DNA of 64,000 bases from an uncultured Gammaproteobacteria bacterium (GCA_964612595.1 CAZTFB010000003.1:32272-96271); one strand, 5' to 3'; shown: positions 9,776-18,365, counted from the stretch's first letter. Translations and numbers: made by a program. The notes: generated by a model not told the origin, from the sequence alone.

Positions 9776-10545
9776 ATATCAGATACTTTTCTTGCAATCG
9801 CCTCCTCAAGCTGTTCAAGTAGTTCTGGATCATCTCCTGCAAGGATACTCATAATATCTCTTGTTCCGTTACCTAGCAAACCCATTGCTGCTAGGCGTCG
9901 AAGATCCATGTCGTCCTGCTTTGGAACAGAACCATGCTCAGCATATCCATTTCTGTTCATGGATGCTTTATAAAACATAACATATCCTGGATGAGCTACC
10001 TGAATAGGTTTTCCTCCAACTTGAATCGTTGTAGCTGCATCAAACAATTCTCTCCTATGATTGGGAAAGTCGTAATCCACTCCTCTCAATCGAGGTATTG
10101 GTGCATTAGAAGGAAATGTTGTACGCATGACGGATAAGATATCCAGCGGAAATCCGTTTTGCCCCTTCGTTTCAAGAATAGGATTACTAAAAACAAACCC
10201 ATGGTGTGTTCGTGGCTCCTCAACAAAACGAGTGTCAGTAAATTCACCAAATTCTTTGAGAGCTGCATGAATTCTCCGAAGTCGGGCATGTGCGTCAGCG
10301 ACTGAAGCGTACGTCATTACGATATCAAGATCAGTCGAAAATCTATCGTTACCAATACCTTTCGCAAGTTGGCGTAATGTAACACTTCCTCCTGAAATTA
10401 CTTGCCAATCTTGACGAGGAATGTCTGCGGCATCGAGCAGCTCACCTGCATGGTGCACACATGAGAGAAAATCTGCATGTTTAGGATACTCTAGCCTTTC
10501 AATTCGATCTATTTGTGGTGGTATTGGATCATTATTTACTAACAT
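9772..10545 (-). CDS. Pol-beta-superfamily nucleotidyltransferase, AbiEii/DUF1814 (MenT-like) toxin family
   Basis: Motif ISGGSVTLRQLAKGIGNDRFSTDLDIV matches the hG[GS]...RFSxDLD signature recalled for AbiEii-type NTases. An additional downstream acidic residue is present. Operonic with the HD gene. Confidence 0.55.
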   Translation of the reverse strand: MLVNNDPIPPQIDRIERLEYPKHADFLSCVHHAGELLDAADIPRQDWQVISGGSVTLRQLAKGIGNDRFSTDLDIVMTYASVADAHARLRRIHAALKEFGEFTDTRFVEEPRTHHGFVFSNPILETKGQNGFPLDILSVMRTTFPSNAPIPRLRGVDYDFPNHRRELFDAATTIQVGGKPIQVAHPGYVMFYKASMNRNGYAEHGSVPKQDDMDLRRLAAMGLLGNGTRDIMSILAGDDPELLEQLEEAIARKVSDI

Positions 10546-10703
10546 ATATGCCTGTTAAAATTCCGTCAGTATAGTCAAGTAAATGAACGAACGCAAGAGG
10601 ACATTATTACGTTTCTCTTGACGTCGACATCAACCATATGATACTATGGTTTTTTAGGAAAAACACGCAGTTTTTATAATTTTCGCGAGGTTTTCTCTAA
10701 AAA

Positions 10704-11645
10704 ATGACCAAAATTCGCCATTTTCTTTCGATAACCGATATCACAAAAGATGAGCTCCTTTCTATCCTCGACCTCTCCTCACAGATGAAAAAGGAAATCT
10801 ACGAAGGCAAACTTAATAACGAACTTCTCAAGAACAAAACAATGCTGATGATTTTTGAGAAACCCTCCCTGCGCACGCGCGTGTCCTTTGAAATCGGTAT
10901 GACACAGCTTGGTGGACACGCGATATACCTCGCCCCCGCAGACATTGGTATGGGCAGCCGCGAAGAACCAAAAGATGTTGCTGCTGTCGTCTCACGCATG
11001 GGCGATATCATCATGGCGCGCACCTTTAAACACAGTACCGTCGAAGAGCTCGCCGACCATTCAAAAGTTCCCGTCATTAACGCCCTCTCCGACCTTGAGC
11101 ACCCATGTCAGATTCTCGCTGATCTACTGACCATCCAAGAAACAAAAGGAAAACTCGAAGGTTTAACGGTCGTATTTCTAGGCGACGGGAATAATAATGT
11201 GACGCATACGTTGTGTCTCACCGCCGGCATGCTTGGCATGCACTTTAAGGTTGGGGCTCCAGAAGGCTACTTTATGGACAAAGACATCGTTGCCCGTGCG
11301 AAAAAATTTGCCGATGCATCTGGCGGATCAATAACCGAGTCGACGAATCCAGAAGAAATAGTAAAAGATGCCGACGTTGTCATAACCGATACCTGGGTCA
11401 GTATGGGTGACGAGGCAGAAAAAGCTGAGCGCCTTCGCATATTCCCACCATACCAAGTATCTGAGTCGATGATGAAACGTGCAAAGCCCGACGCAATATT
11501 TATGCACTGTCTTCCGGCTTATCGCGATAAAGAGGTTGCTGCAGCGGTCCTCGATGGACCACAGTCAGTCGCTTACCAAGAAGCTGAAAACCGACTTCAT
11601 GCCCAAAAGGGATTAATAGTTTGGCTTATGAACCATGAAAAATAA
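10704..11645 (+). CDS. argF: ornithine carbamoyltransferase
   Basis: Carbamoyl-phosphate site (PSLRTRVSFE), DTWVSMG and HCLPA motifs typical of OTCase. 313 aa. Confidence 0.8.
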   Translation: MTKIRHFLSITDITKDELLSILDLSSQMKKEIYEGKLNNELLKNKTMLMIFEKPSLRTRVSFEIGMTQLGGHAIYLAPADIGMGSREEPKDVAAVVSRMGDIIMARTFKHSTVEELADHSKVPVINALSDLEHPCQILADLLTIQETKGKLEGLTVVFLGDGNNNVTHTLCLTAGMLGMHFKVGAPEGYFMDKDIVARAKKFADASGGSITESTNPEEIVKDADVVITDTWVSMGDEAEKAERLRIFPPYQVSESMMKRAKPDAIFMHCLPAYRDKEVAAAVLDGPQSVAYQEAENRLHAQKGLIVWLMNHEK

Positions 11646-12588
11646 CCCATTTTCCAACAAGAGTTTTATCTCGATTGATCAGATAACCTCACCTGCCGAT
11701 ATTAACTATATTTTCGGTGTCGCAGATAAGATGAAGAAGACAATCCAATCTGGAAAAGTCTACGAGCCTCTGAAAGGAAAAACAGTTGCTGTCCTGTTTT
11801 ACCAGCCATCCACACGTACATTTACTTCATTCGTAGCCGCCGCAAAGCGCCTAGGCGCATACGTCATCGACATTAATGAAATGACGAGCTTCAGCTCGGC
11901 AGTAAAAGGAGAAAGTCTTGAGGATACTATTAAATCGATCTATCAAACCACCGGCGCCAATGCAATAGTGCTACGCCATCCAGAAAACACATCGAGCGAG
12001 ATTGCTGCTTCAGTACAAGACATTCCTGTCATCAATGGTGGTAGCGGCACTGCAGAACATCCTACACAGGCATTACTTGACCTCTATACGATTTATCAAA
12101 AATTCGGTCGTCTTGATAACCTGCACACAATGATGGTCGGCGACCTAAAATACGGGCGCACTATTAAGTCTCTCGCAAAACTGATCGCCCGCGTAAGTAA
12201 AAATTCGACCATAACCTTTGTGTCGCCAAAAGAACTCCGCGCACCAAAAGATTTCATTAAGGACCTCAAGGATAAAGTTGTAGTTTCCCAGCGCTCTAGC
12301 TTTGGTACTGAAATCGAACAGGCAGATGTCGTATATATGACGCGTGTACAAAAGGAATGGTTTGAGAAGGAAGGCAAACTAGATCAATACGAAGCCTTAA
12401 AGCTCAAGTTTATCATGAACAAGCACACCGCAGAAAAAATGAAGAAAGATGCCATTATTCTCCACCCGCTGCCGCGTGTAGGAGAAATCCTTCTCGAAGT
12501 TGATAGCGACCCTCGCGCATGGTACTTTGAACAAATGCGCTCAGGTCTTTATATTCGTATGGCACTTATTGAGTCGATCTTAGCGTAA
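11635..12588 (+). CDS. second transcarbamylase paralog, aspartate-carbamoyltransferase-like
   Basis: STRT(F) carbamoyl-phosphate motif and HPLPR motif (ATCase-like). 317 aa. Overlaps the argF stop by 11 nt. Confidence 0.65.
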   Translation: MKNNPFSNKSFISIDQITSPADINYIFGVADKMKKTIQSGKVYEPLKGKTVAVLFYQPSTRTFTSFVAAAKRLGAYVIDINEMTSFSSAVKGESLEDTIKSIYQTTGANAIVLRHPENTSSEIAASVQDIPVINGGSGTAEHPTQALLDLYTIYQKFGRLDNLHTMMVGDLKYGRTIKSLAKLIARVSKNSTITFVSPKELRAPKDFIKDLKDKVVVSQRSSFGTEIEQADVVYMTRVQKEWFEKEGKLDQYEALKLKFIMNKHTAEKMKKDAIILHPLPRVGEILLEVDSDPRAWYFEQMRSGLYIRMALIESILA

Positions 12589-13815
12589 TAATAGGTCAGG
12601 GTCATTGGGATACCTATTATTCCCAAGAAGCGCTATCGCGAGTGGTACAACAGCTCTTGGATCATCACTAGACAAGGCTTCTGCAGTACGCCTCACACTC
12701 CTTGCCAACCCAGGAGTAACGTCAACTCCAACTGGAAGATGTTTCTTAATGACGGGTACAATATCATCATATTCCAATCTATCAACTCCTGCATCTACCT
12801 CTGCAAGACCAATATCAGCATTAATCCTGTGCAACAATCCCCCTGCAGCAACAACCACATCTATACATTCATACGCAAGATGTTCTTGTATATATGCCTC
12901 AAGCCCTTCTAATGAATGAATACCGGTGTAAATTTCAAGCTCATCATCTTTTATGTCCCCCGCTGCTGCTCTTTGTCTAACAGCGTCATGAAACTCCTGA
13001 ATAGAGTTAAAGTTGAGTATTATTTGTGCTGGTTCACCTGGGGTATTACCGTTTTCAATGTGAAAAAAGCTTCTTAATTCGACCACCTCTGCCATTTCAG
13101 ATACAAGTTGGATCATACTATCTGCTGCGTCTTGTCCAGTAAGTTTTTCGAATTCACGCGATGAATCAACAATTCCCTGAAGTCCTGATTTAAGTCCTAG
13201 ATACTTTGTCACGTCGAAATGTCGGCTTTCTCCAGCATCTGTTAGATATTCCCTTTCTGTACTATAATTATTTTCATCTAAATATAACTTGGCAAACTCC
13301 CGTGCTTCTTCAGGAGTAAAGCCAGCACGAATAGCCTCCTCATACTTTGGCCTACCAACTTCTAATGCATCTTTCTCGTCATCAGTAATTGTAAATTGAT
13401 GTTTTCCCCACATGGTTCTACACTCGTCTTTGATGAGGGCAACAGTGGGTTCATGGCCTGCGGCGATAACACGCTTCATTGCTTCATGCCAAACTTCAAT
13501 ATATTTTTCGCTACGGCCTATAAGAACATCTAATGTTGCTCTTTGAGGATCAATTTTCGCACTACGACAAAATTCTCTCATTCCAAGCTCAAATCGAGCG
13601 ACGCGATTAGCATATTCTTGAGCTTCATCAGGAGCTATTGTTCCATGTACGAGTGCAGATTCGTACTTATTATTAACCTCAACGAAGTTTCCAAAAGCAG
13701 CCTCAGCAGTACGGAAATGCTCAGCAGTTGGAATGTGTGCACCATACACCGTCTCGTGCCAAGTTGGTGCTGCGCCATTTGTTCCCTGTCCTGTTACGCC
13801 TAGCTCTGCTGTCAT
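12580..13815 (-). CDS. hypothetical protein (411 aa), function unknown
   Basis: Long intact ORF convergent with and slightly overlapping the transcarbamylase pair. No motif recognised. No resemblance to arginine deiminase as far as memory allows. Confidence 0.4.
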   Translation of the reverse strand: MTAELGVTGQGTNGAAPTWHETVYGAHIPTAEHFRTAEAAFGNFVEVNNKYESALVHGTIAPDEAQEYANRVARFELGMREFCRSAKIDPQRATLDVLIGRSEKYIEVWHEAMKRVIAAGHEPTVALIKDECRTMWGKHQFTITDDEKDALEVGRPKYEEAIRAGFTPEEAREFAKLYLDENNYSTEREYLTDAGESRHFDVTKYLGLKSGLQGIVDSSREFEKLTGQDAADSMIQLVSEMAEVVELRSFFHIENGNTPGEPAQIILNFNSIQEFHDAVRQRAAAGDIKDDELEIYTGIHSLEGLEAYIQEHLAYECIDVVVAAGGLLHRINADIGLAEVDAGVDRLEYDDIVPVIKKHLPVGVDVTPGLARSVRRTAEALSSDDPRAVVPLAIALLGNNRYPNDPDLLLR

Positions 13816-14010
13816 ATACTATAAATCTATACTAGTAACAACCTCTTGTCAAGTACTATAAGATAGTACATTCCCAACCAAAAAAAGCCTTTTTTATTTT
13901 GTGCGTAACGGGAGAAAGAAACGAGAGGTTCTTGTCGAAGATTCAAGAGCACCATAGAGCATCTTACATGAAGTCGAAGTAAAATGCAATATACTGTATA
14001 ATTTCGGTAG

Positions 14011-14616
14011 ATGAAGAAACAACTTCACAAAATAATCCTCGCATCAACCTCACCTCGTCGTAAAGATCTGCTTTCTTCCATAGGGCTTACGTTTGAGGTA
14101 GTACCAAGCAATTACGAAGAAGATATGACGCTTCCCCTTCTTCCTGAGGAGCTCACTATACATCTATCCAAAGAAAAGGCGCTTGCTATCGCCGATAGAT
14201 ATCCTGATGCAGTTATTATTGGCGCCGACACGATCATTGCTTTTGACGAAAAAGTCCTCGGGAAGGCGCATACAAAAGAAGAGGTGCAGCGTATGTTGGC
14301 CCTACTTTCTGGTAAGAAACACTCGGTTGTTACTGGTTTAACCGTGATTATTCCTGCCTCTATAGCCCAAACCCAGGAACGAATTATAGAAACATATGCA
14401 AGTAAGAATCGCGTTCATTTTAAAACAATTACTCAAGATGAAATAAACTGGTACATCGCCACTGGAGAACCATTTGGAAAAGCAGGTGGCTACGCAATCC
14501 AAGGCTTCGGTGCAGTATTTGTCAATGGTATTGAAGGAAACTATAGTGGCATTGTAGGATTGCCCGTAGAGGCAGTCTATAGCATCTTAAGGTCATACGA
14601 CGTGTTTGTGTTATAA
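14011..14616 (+). CDS. maf: Maf-family nucleoside triphosphate pyrophosphatase (septum formation protein Maf)
   Basis: N-terminal ILASTSPRRKDLL, GADTII and the conserved Maf core. 201 aa. Confidence 0.85.
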   Translation: MKKQLHKIILASTSPRRKDLLSSIGLTFEVVPSNYEEDMTLPLLPEELTIHLSKEKALAIADRYPDAVIIGADTIIAFDEKVLGKAHTKEEVQRMLALLSGKKHSVVTGLTVIIPASIAQTQERIIETYASKNRVHFKTITQDEINWYIATGEPFGKAGGYAIQGFGAVFVNGIEGNYSGIVGLPVEAVYSILRSYDVFVL

Positions 14617-14634
14617 TACCAACCCAAACCTAAT

Positions 14635-15762
14635 ATGACAACACCCGGTGCTCGAGTAGAGCGAGATACACATATTAACCTCGAACCTACACTTGCCTTC
14701 AATGGCGACCCGAATCGTATCCCAGTACAGATGCCTGAGCGCATCTCGGGCTATAAGGATCTCGTTATTGAGGCACTCACACCAGAGCATGAGGCGTTTG
14801 AAGAATATGCAAAAGCATATGTTGCACACATCTTAAACAAGCAAAATATAGAAGCTGGCAACTTCGTATGGCCACCTTTTAAGCTCAGCCACTTAAAAGA
14901 CATGCCTGATGAAGCGATGTATGACGCAGAAGGAAACATGCATGAAGAGTACGTTGTTAATGTTATAAGAGACTATCTCATACCTACAATCAAAGATAAA
15001 GGCAATCATCTTTTAGTATTGCACGGCTTGATCGATGGAAAACCAGGATTTATAGGCGGTGGGCTTTCTTTTGATAGTGTTGATACTGAGGATGAGGGTT
15101 GGATAAGTAAAGGTATTATCGCTCGTAACACAAATGGCAAGGAACACCGTGGAAATGGCCTTGGTCGCATTATCCAAGAAGCACGCGTTATGCACTGGAT
15201 GCTCGAACATCCACAGTTAAACAATCTCAATACGGGGGTCAATATAAACGAAGAAGGTTGTGATCGCTTTAAGCACGTAGTGACAAGCCAGGTTTTGGGC
15301 GACATGAGCATCCTGCATAAACTTCGCACTGGTGAGACTATTAAGAGTGATGATATCCAATCGTTGTTTTCTGCAAGTATGCGACTCCGGGTAGAACAGG
15401 GATACGCAGAAAACCTTATTTTTACAGAAGAAGAATACAAAAAATTCGTAGACAAGGTCGAAAATATTATTGGACCATGGCCATTGTATGGATTTACTCC
15501 AGAATCTGTACGCAAAGGAAAAGACATAATAGCAGCAACTGCAGAGCTACTTGGCGTACCGTTAACACCAACCGAGCATACATTCCTCGGTCTTGGCGGA
15601 AGACATCTTAACGCAATAGAAAACAGCGCACGGGTAAAAGGAAAAGATGAACTTAATCATACACGACGCCTTATTATCGTAAGAGAAGATTGGGAGGCTT
15701 TGGCAAAACAACGATATCCAGATTTAGCGTCGTATCTAGATCAAGCAAAACGAGCAGCATAA
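14635..15762 (+). CDS. hypothetical cytoplasmic protein (375 aa)
   Basis: Intact ORF with typical spacing after maf. No recognised motif. Confidence 0.4.
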   Translation: MTTPGARVERDTHINLEPTLAFNGDPNRIPVQMPERISGYKDLVIEALTPEHEAFEEYAKAYVAHILNKQNIEAGNFVWPPFKLSHLKDMPDEAMYDAEGNMHEEYVVNVIRDYLIPTIKDKGNHLLVLHGLIDGKPGFIGGGLSFDSVDTEDEGWISKGIIARNTNGKEHRGNGLGRIIQEARVMHWMLEHPQLNNLNTGVNINEEGCDRFKHVVTSQVLGDMSILHKLRTGETIKSDDIQSLFSASMRLRVEQGYAENLIFTEEEYKKFVDKVENIIGPWPLYGFTPESVRKGKDIIAATAELLGVPLTPTEHTFLGLGGRHLNAIENSARVKGKDELNHTRRLIIVREDWEALAKQRYPDLASYLDQAKRAA

Positions 15763-15809
15763 AACTCATATGCACGTACGAAAATGTGCTATACTAAGCA
15801 CAAGCACCT

Positions 15810-17066
15810 ATGAAAGTAGCAAATTTCATGCGAACCTCGGTGGTTTCGGTATCTTCAGACGAACCCGTGCGAACGGTAACCCGTCTTATCTTCAACCTTG
15901 GTATAAAAAGCGTTCCCATATGTGACGATGGGAAACTAGTCGGTATCGTTACCGAAGAAGACATTCTTACAAAACTCTTCCCTTCTGTACGGGATTTTAT
16001 GGAAGATCGCGCCCATGCTGATGATTTTGAGGCTATGGAAAAAAATTTGGGCGCACTGATAAATAAACCCGTTAAAAAAATAATGACGAGCAAACCCAGG
16101 GTTGTTCATGCGGATCTCCCCATTATGCAAGCTCAATCACTCATGATTGTCGGGAAAATAAGTCATCTCCCCGTTGTTGATGATCAAAAGAAACTAGTTG
16201 GAATTATTTCACAAGGTGACATATTTAGAGCCATTGTAGGCCAAGAAATACCATATGATGACAATGAAGAATATCATGCGTGGCTCTCGCGCCATTGGGA
16301 CCTTGTCGTACCTTGGAAACAACGACTCAGTGGTGAAATTGCTGCGTTCAATAAACTATTCGAAAAGAAATATTCGTATCGCATTCTTGATATTTTCTGC
16401 GGTACCGGCGAACATGCCATCGCTCTTGCCCGTGAGGGCTACGATGTAACTGGTATGAATAAATACATTCTTATGCATAATGCTGCGACGAAAAAACACA
16501 CGCAACTTCCTGAGTACCTCCAAAGACGCATCGAATTTGTCCATGGCGACTATATTGATCTTTTGAAGGATAAAAAGGAAGACTACGACGCAGCAATATT
16601 TATGGGCAACTCTCTCGCCCATAATCCGCATGATTATAAAAAAATCATCAAAACAACAAGCCAAAGTCTCACAAAGAAAAATGCGATAATGATCTTGCAG
16701 ATTGCTAATTTCGATAAAATTCTTGAAAATGGAGGCCTCCAGGATTTCAATATGCGCCCCTCAAAACTTAACGATGACACAAAATACACCTTTATTGAGT
16801 TTTATGACAGTCCCAAAGTTACGGGAAAAAAAGATCTGCTTACGCTCAACATGGCGATATTACGCCACGTTGGTCATCGATGGACCTTCGCTGCTATGAA
16901 TAGCACCCCGATCGCCTATATATCGCCAGATATTATTACTGCAGTTCTAAAAGAGGCTGGATTTAAAAAAGTTGAATTATTCGGTAGCCGCTTTTTAGAG
17001 CCCCTCTTTGAACATAAATTCTCTGTCTCCGATCACGATTGGCTGAACGTGATCGCTTCGCGATAA
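15810..17066 (+). CDS. CBS-pair + class I SAM-dependent methyltransferase fusion protein
   Basis: N-terminal CBS pair (VGIVTEEDIL, VGIISQGDIF). C-terminal methyltransferase motif I (ILDIFCGTGEHAIALAREGYDVTGMN). Confidence 0.7.
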   Translation: MKVANFMRTSVVSVSSDEPVRTVTRLIFNLGIKSVPICDDGKLVGIVTEEDILTKLFPSVRDFMEDRAHADDFEAMEKNLGALINKPVKKIMTSKPRVVHADLPIMQAQSLMIVGKISHLPVVDDQKKLVGIISQGDIFRAIVGQEIPYDDNEEYHAWLSRHWDLVVPWKQRLSGEIAAFNKLFEKKYSYRILDIFCGTGEHAIALAREGYDVTGMNKYILMHNAATKKHTQLPEYLQRRIEFVHGDYIDLLKDKKEDYDAAIFMGNSLAHNPHDYKKIIKTTSQSLTKKNAIMILQIANFDKILENGGLQDFNMRPSKLNDDTKYTFIEFYDSPKVTGKKDLLTLNMAILRHVGHRWTFAAMNSTPIAYISPDIITAVLKEAGFKKVELFGSRFLEPLFEHKFSVSDHDWLNVIASR

Positions 17067-17150
17067 GACCGCAACCTCTCGAGGATCGCTCCTCGACTTG
17101 AAATATTCCCCTCCGTTTGATATAATGCTATAGGTTGTTTTCGACCCCCA
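17055..17150 (+). promoter_or_regulatory. repeated promoter module, copy 1 (33-bp identical box + TTGAAA-17-TATAAT + CTATAGGTTGTT)
   Basis: TTCGCGATAAGACCGCAACCTCTCGAGGATCG is identical to 17616-17648. It is followed by -35 TTGAAA, a 17-nt spacer and TATAAT. It begins inside the last codons of the CBS-MTase gene. Confidence 0.5.
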
Positions 17151-17237
17151 CTCAGCGAGATGATGAACCATAAGCTGTAGAATGAAGATTGTTACAGGAG
17201 TAGTCGGTTGTAAGACTGAGCTACCCAAATTTTTTGA

Positions 17238-17320
17238 GTGATAATTTGATTCACCCAAAGTGGATTAGATTGCCGCCCAAAACGTACTGAGCCTGGTCGG
17301 CGTAAAAAAGGGAGTTTCCA
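17238..17320 (+). ncRNA. conserved ~50-nt leader element (copy A) preceding a small ORF
   Basis: GAGTGATAATTTGATTCACCCAAAGTGGATTAGATTGCCGCCCAAAACGT is about 85% identical to 18282-18331. It contains a hairpin whose 3' arm differs between copies but stays complementary. RBS AAAAGGGAG follows. Confidence 0.35.
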
Positions 17321-17515
17321 GTGGGTTTCGCACCACCAGTTGTTTCACAAACGACCGAAGTGGAAGCCGTTGTTGAAATCACTTGCGAGTGGCGTGATGC
17401 AGGTGGAGAAGTCCATCTTACGGTCTATAATGGACCTGAAGGTGATCTCGCGGGATACCTAGAAAAGTTTGGAGAGAGTCGAAACTGGACATTAGTGTCC
17501 AAGCAACGGCGTTGA
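17321..17515 (+). CDS. small high-GC hypothetical protein (64 aa, GTG start)
   Basis: ORF immediately after the leader and RBS. GC about 58%. Terminated by a G8CC/GGC7 hairpin. Confidence 0.4.
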   Translation: MGFAPPVVSQTTEVEAVVEITCEWRDAGGEVHLTVYNGPEGDLAGYLEKFGESRNWTLVSKQRR

Positions 17516-17540
17516 TCTCTCCGGACAAACCAACTCCAAT

Positions 17541-17563
17541 GGGGGGGGCCTCCGGCCCCCCCT
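17541..17563 (+). terminator. GC-rich hairpin (GGGGGGGGCC-TCC-GGCCCCCCC)
   Basis: 9-10 bp G/C stem 26 nt after the small-ORF stop, followed by TCCATACTTTCTG. Confidence 0.35.
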
Positions 17564-17615
17564 CCATACTTTCTGTGAAATTCTCAAAAGACCATCTGTA
17601 CCCCTATCATACTCA

Positions 17616-17712
17616 TTCGCGATAAGACCGCAACCTCTCGAGGATCGTGGCAGACTTGAAAAATCATCTTCTTTTTAGTATAATACTATAGGTTGTTCTT
17701 AACACACAGCGA
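17616..17712 (+). promoter_or_regulatory. repeated promoter module, copy 2 (drives the LysM gene)
   Basis: Same 33-bp box, TTGAAA-17-TATAAT and ACTATAGGTTGTT as copy 1. ATG of the LysM gene at 17721. Confidence 0.5.
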
Positions 17713-17720
17713 GGTGAAGC

Positions 17721-18188
17721 ATGAGCGGTAAAATGAAAATCGCAACTGCTGTTGGGCTCTTCCTACTATGGGTTGGTGTGAGCAATAAGCTCCAACCAAT
17801 CAACTTTGGAGGCAGCTCGAACGAGGAGGTTGCGGTCAGCGGCTCGGTGGATACCAGCGCTTGCGCGGGGGTTCACTGGGTCAAGCCTGGCGAAACACTG
17901 AGCAACATTGCAGCGCGATACGGGCATACCGTCATCGCACTCGCACAGGCAAGCAACATCTCGAACCCGAACAAGATCAGTATCGGGGAGAAGGTCTGCC
18001 TGCCCAAGAGCCCAGCGCCAAAGGTCGCAGCCTCAAGCTGCAGCCAACAACATGTCGTCGCCGAAGGCGACACATTGGAGAAGATCGGCAGGCAGTACGG
18101 GACGACGGCTGGGGTGTTGGCGAGCAAGAATGGGCTCGCCAATCCGAATTACATCATACCCGGATGGAAGCTCTGTGTGAGCCCTTAG
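17721..18188 (+). CDS. secreted tandem-LysM peptidoglycan-binding protein
   Basis: N-terminal signal or anchor helix. Two LysM modules (HWVKPGETLSNIAARYGHTVIALAQAS...IGEKVCLP; HVVAEGDTLEKIGRQYGTTAGVLASKNGL...PGWKLCV). GC about 58%. Confidence 0.8.
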   Translation: MSGKMKIATAVGLFLLWVGVSNKLQPINFGGSSNEEVAVSGSVDTSACAGVHWVKPGETLSNIAARYGHTVIALAQASNISNPNKISIGEKVCLPKSPAPKVAASSCSQQHVVAEGDTLEKIGRQYGTTAGVLASKNGLANPNYIIPGWKLCVSP

Positions 18189-18216
18189 GGGCAAGCTCAG
18201 ACGAACAAAGACAATC

Positions 18217-18254
18217 GGTGACCTAGTCGCAACGTGCGTTGCGACTAGGTCACC
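18217..18254. repeat. perfect 38-nt palindrome (17-bp stem, 4-nt loop) after the LysM gene
   Basis: GGTGACCTAGTCGCAAC-GTGC-GTTGCGACTAGGTCACC. No downstream U-tract. Could be a terminator or a protein-binding site. Confidence 0.5.
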
Positions 18255-18281
18255 ACAGTACCTTGCAATAAAAAGGTTTGA

Positions 18282-18365
18282 GTGACAGTTTAATTCATGC
18301 AAAATATGGATTAGATTGCCGCCCAAAACGTTCACAGTCGGGGCGGTCCAGGAAAGGTATAGGAG
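18282..18365 (+). ncRNA. conserved leader element (copy B)
   Basis: GAGTGACAGTTTAATTCATGCAAAATATGGATTAGATTGCCGCCCAAAACGT, with CCGCCC/GGGCGG hairpin and RBS GGAAAGGTATAGGAG. Confidence 0.35.

Noticed and set aside
12580-13815. Possibility that the 411-aa gene next to the OTCase is arginine deiminase (arcA)
   Set aside because: The sequence does not resemble arginine deiminase as far as can be judged by eye. Left as hypothetical.
16995-17258. 87-aa minus-strand ORF across the promoter-repeat region
   Set aside because: It spans the duplicated regulatory module and the stop region of the CBS-MTase gene on the opposite strand, has no RBS, and is likely non-coding.
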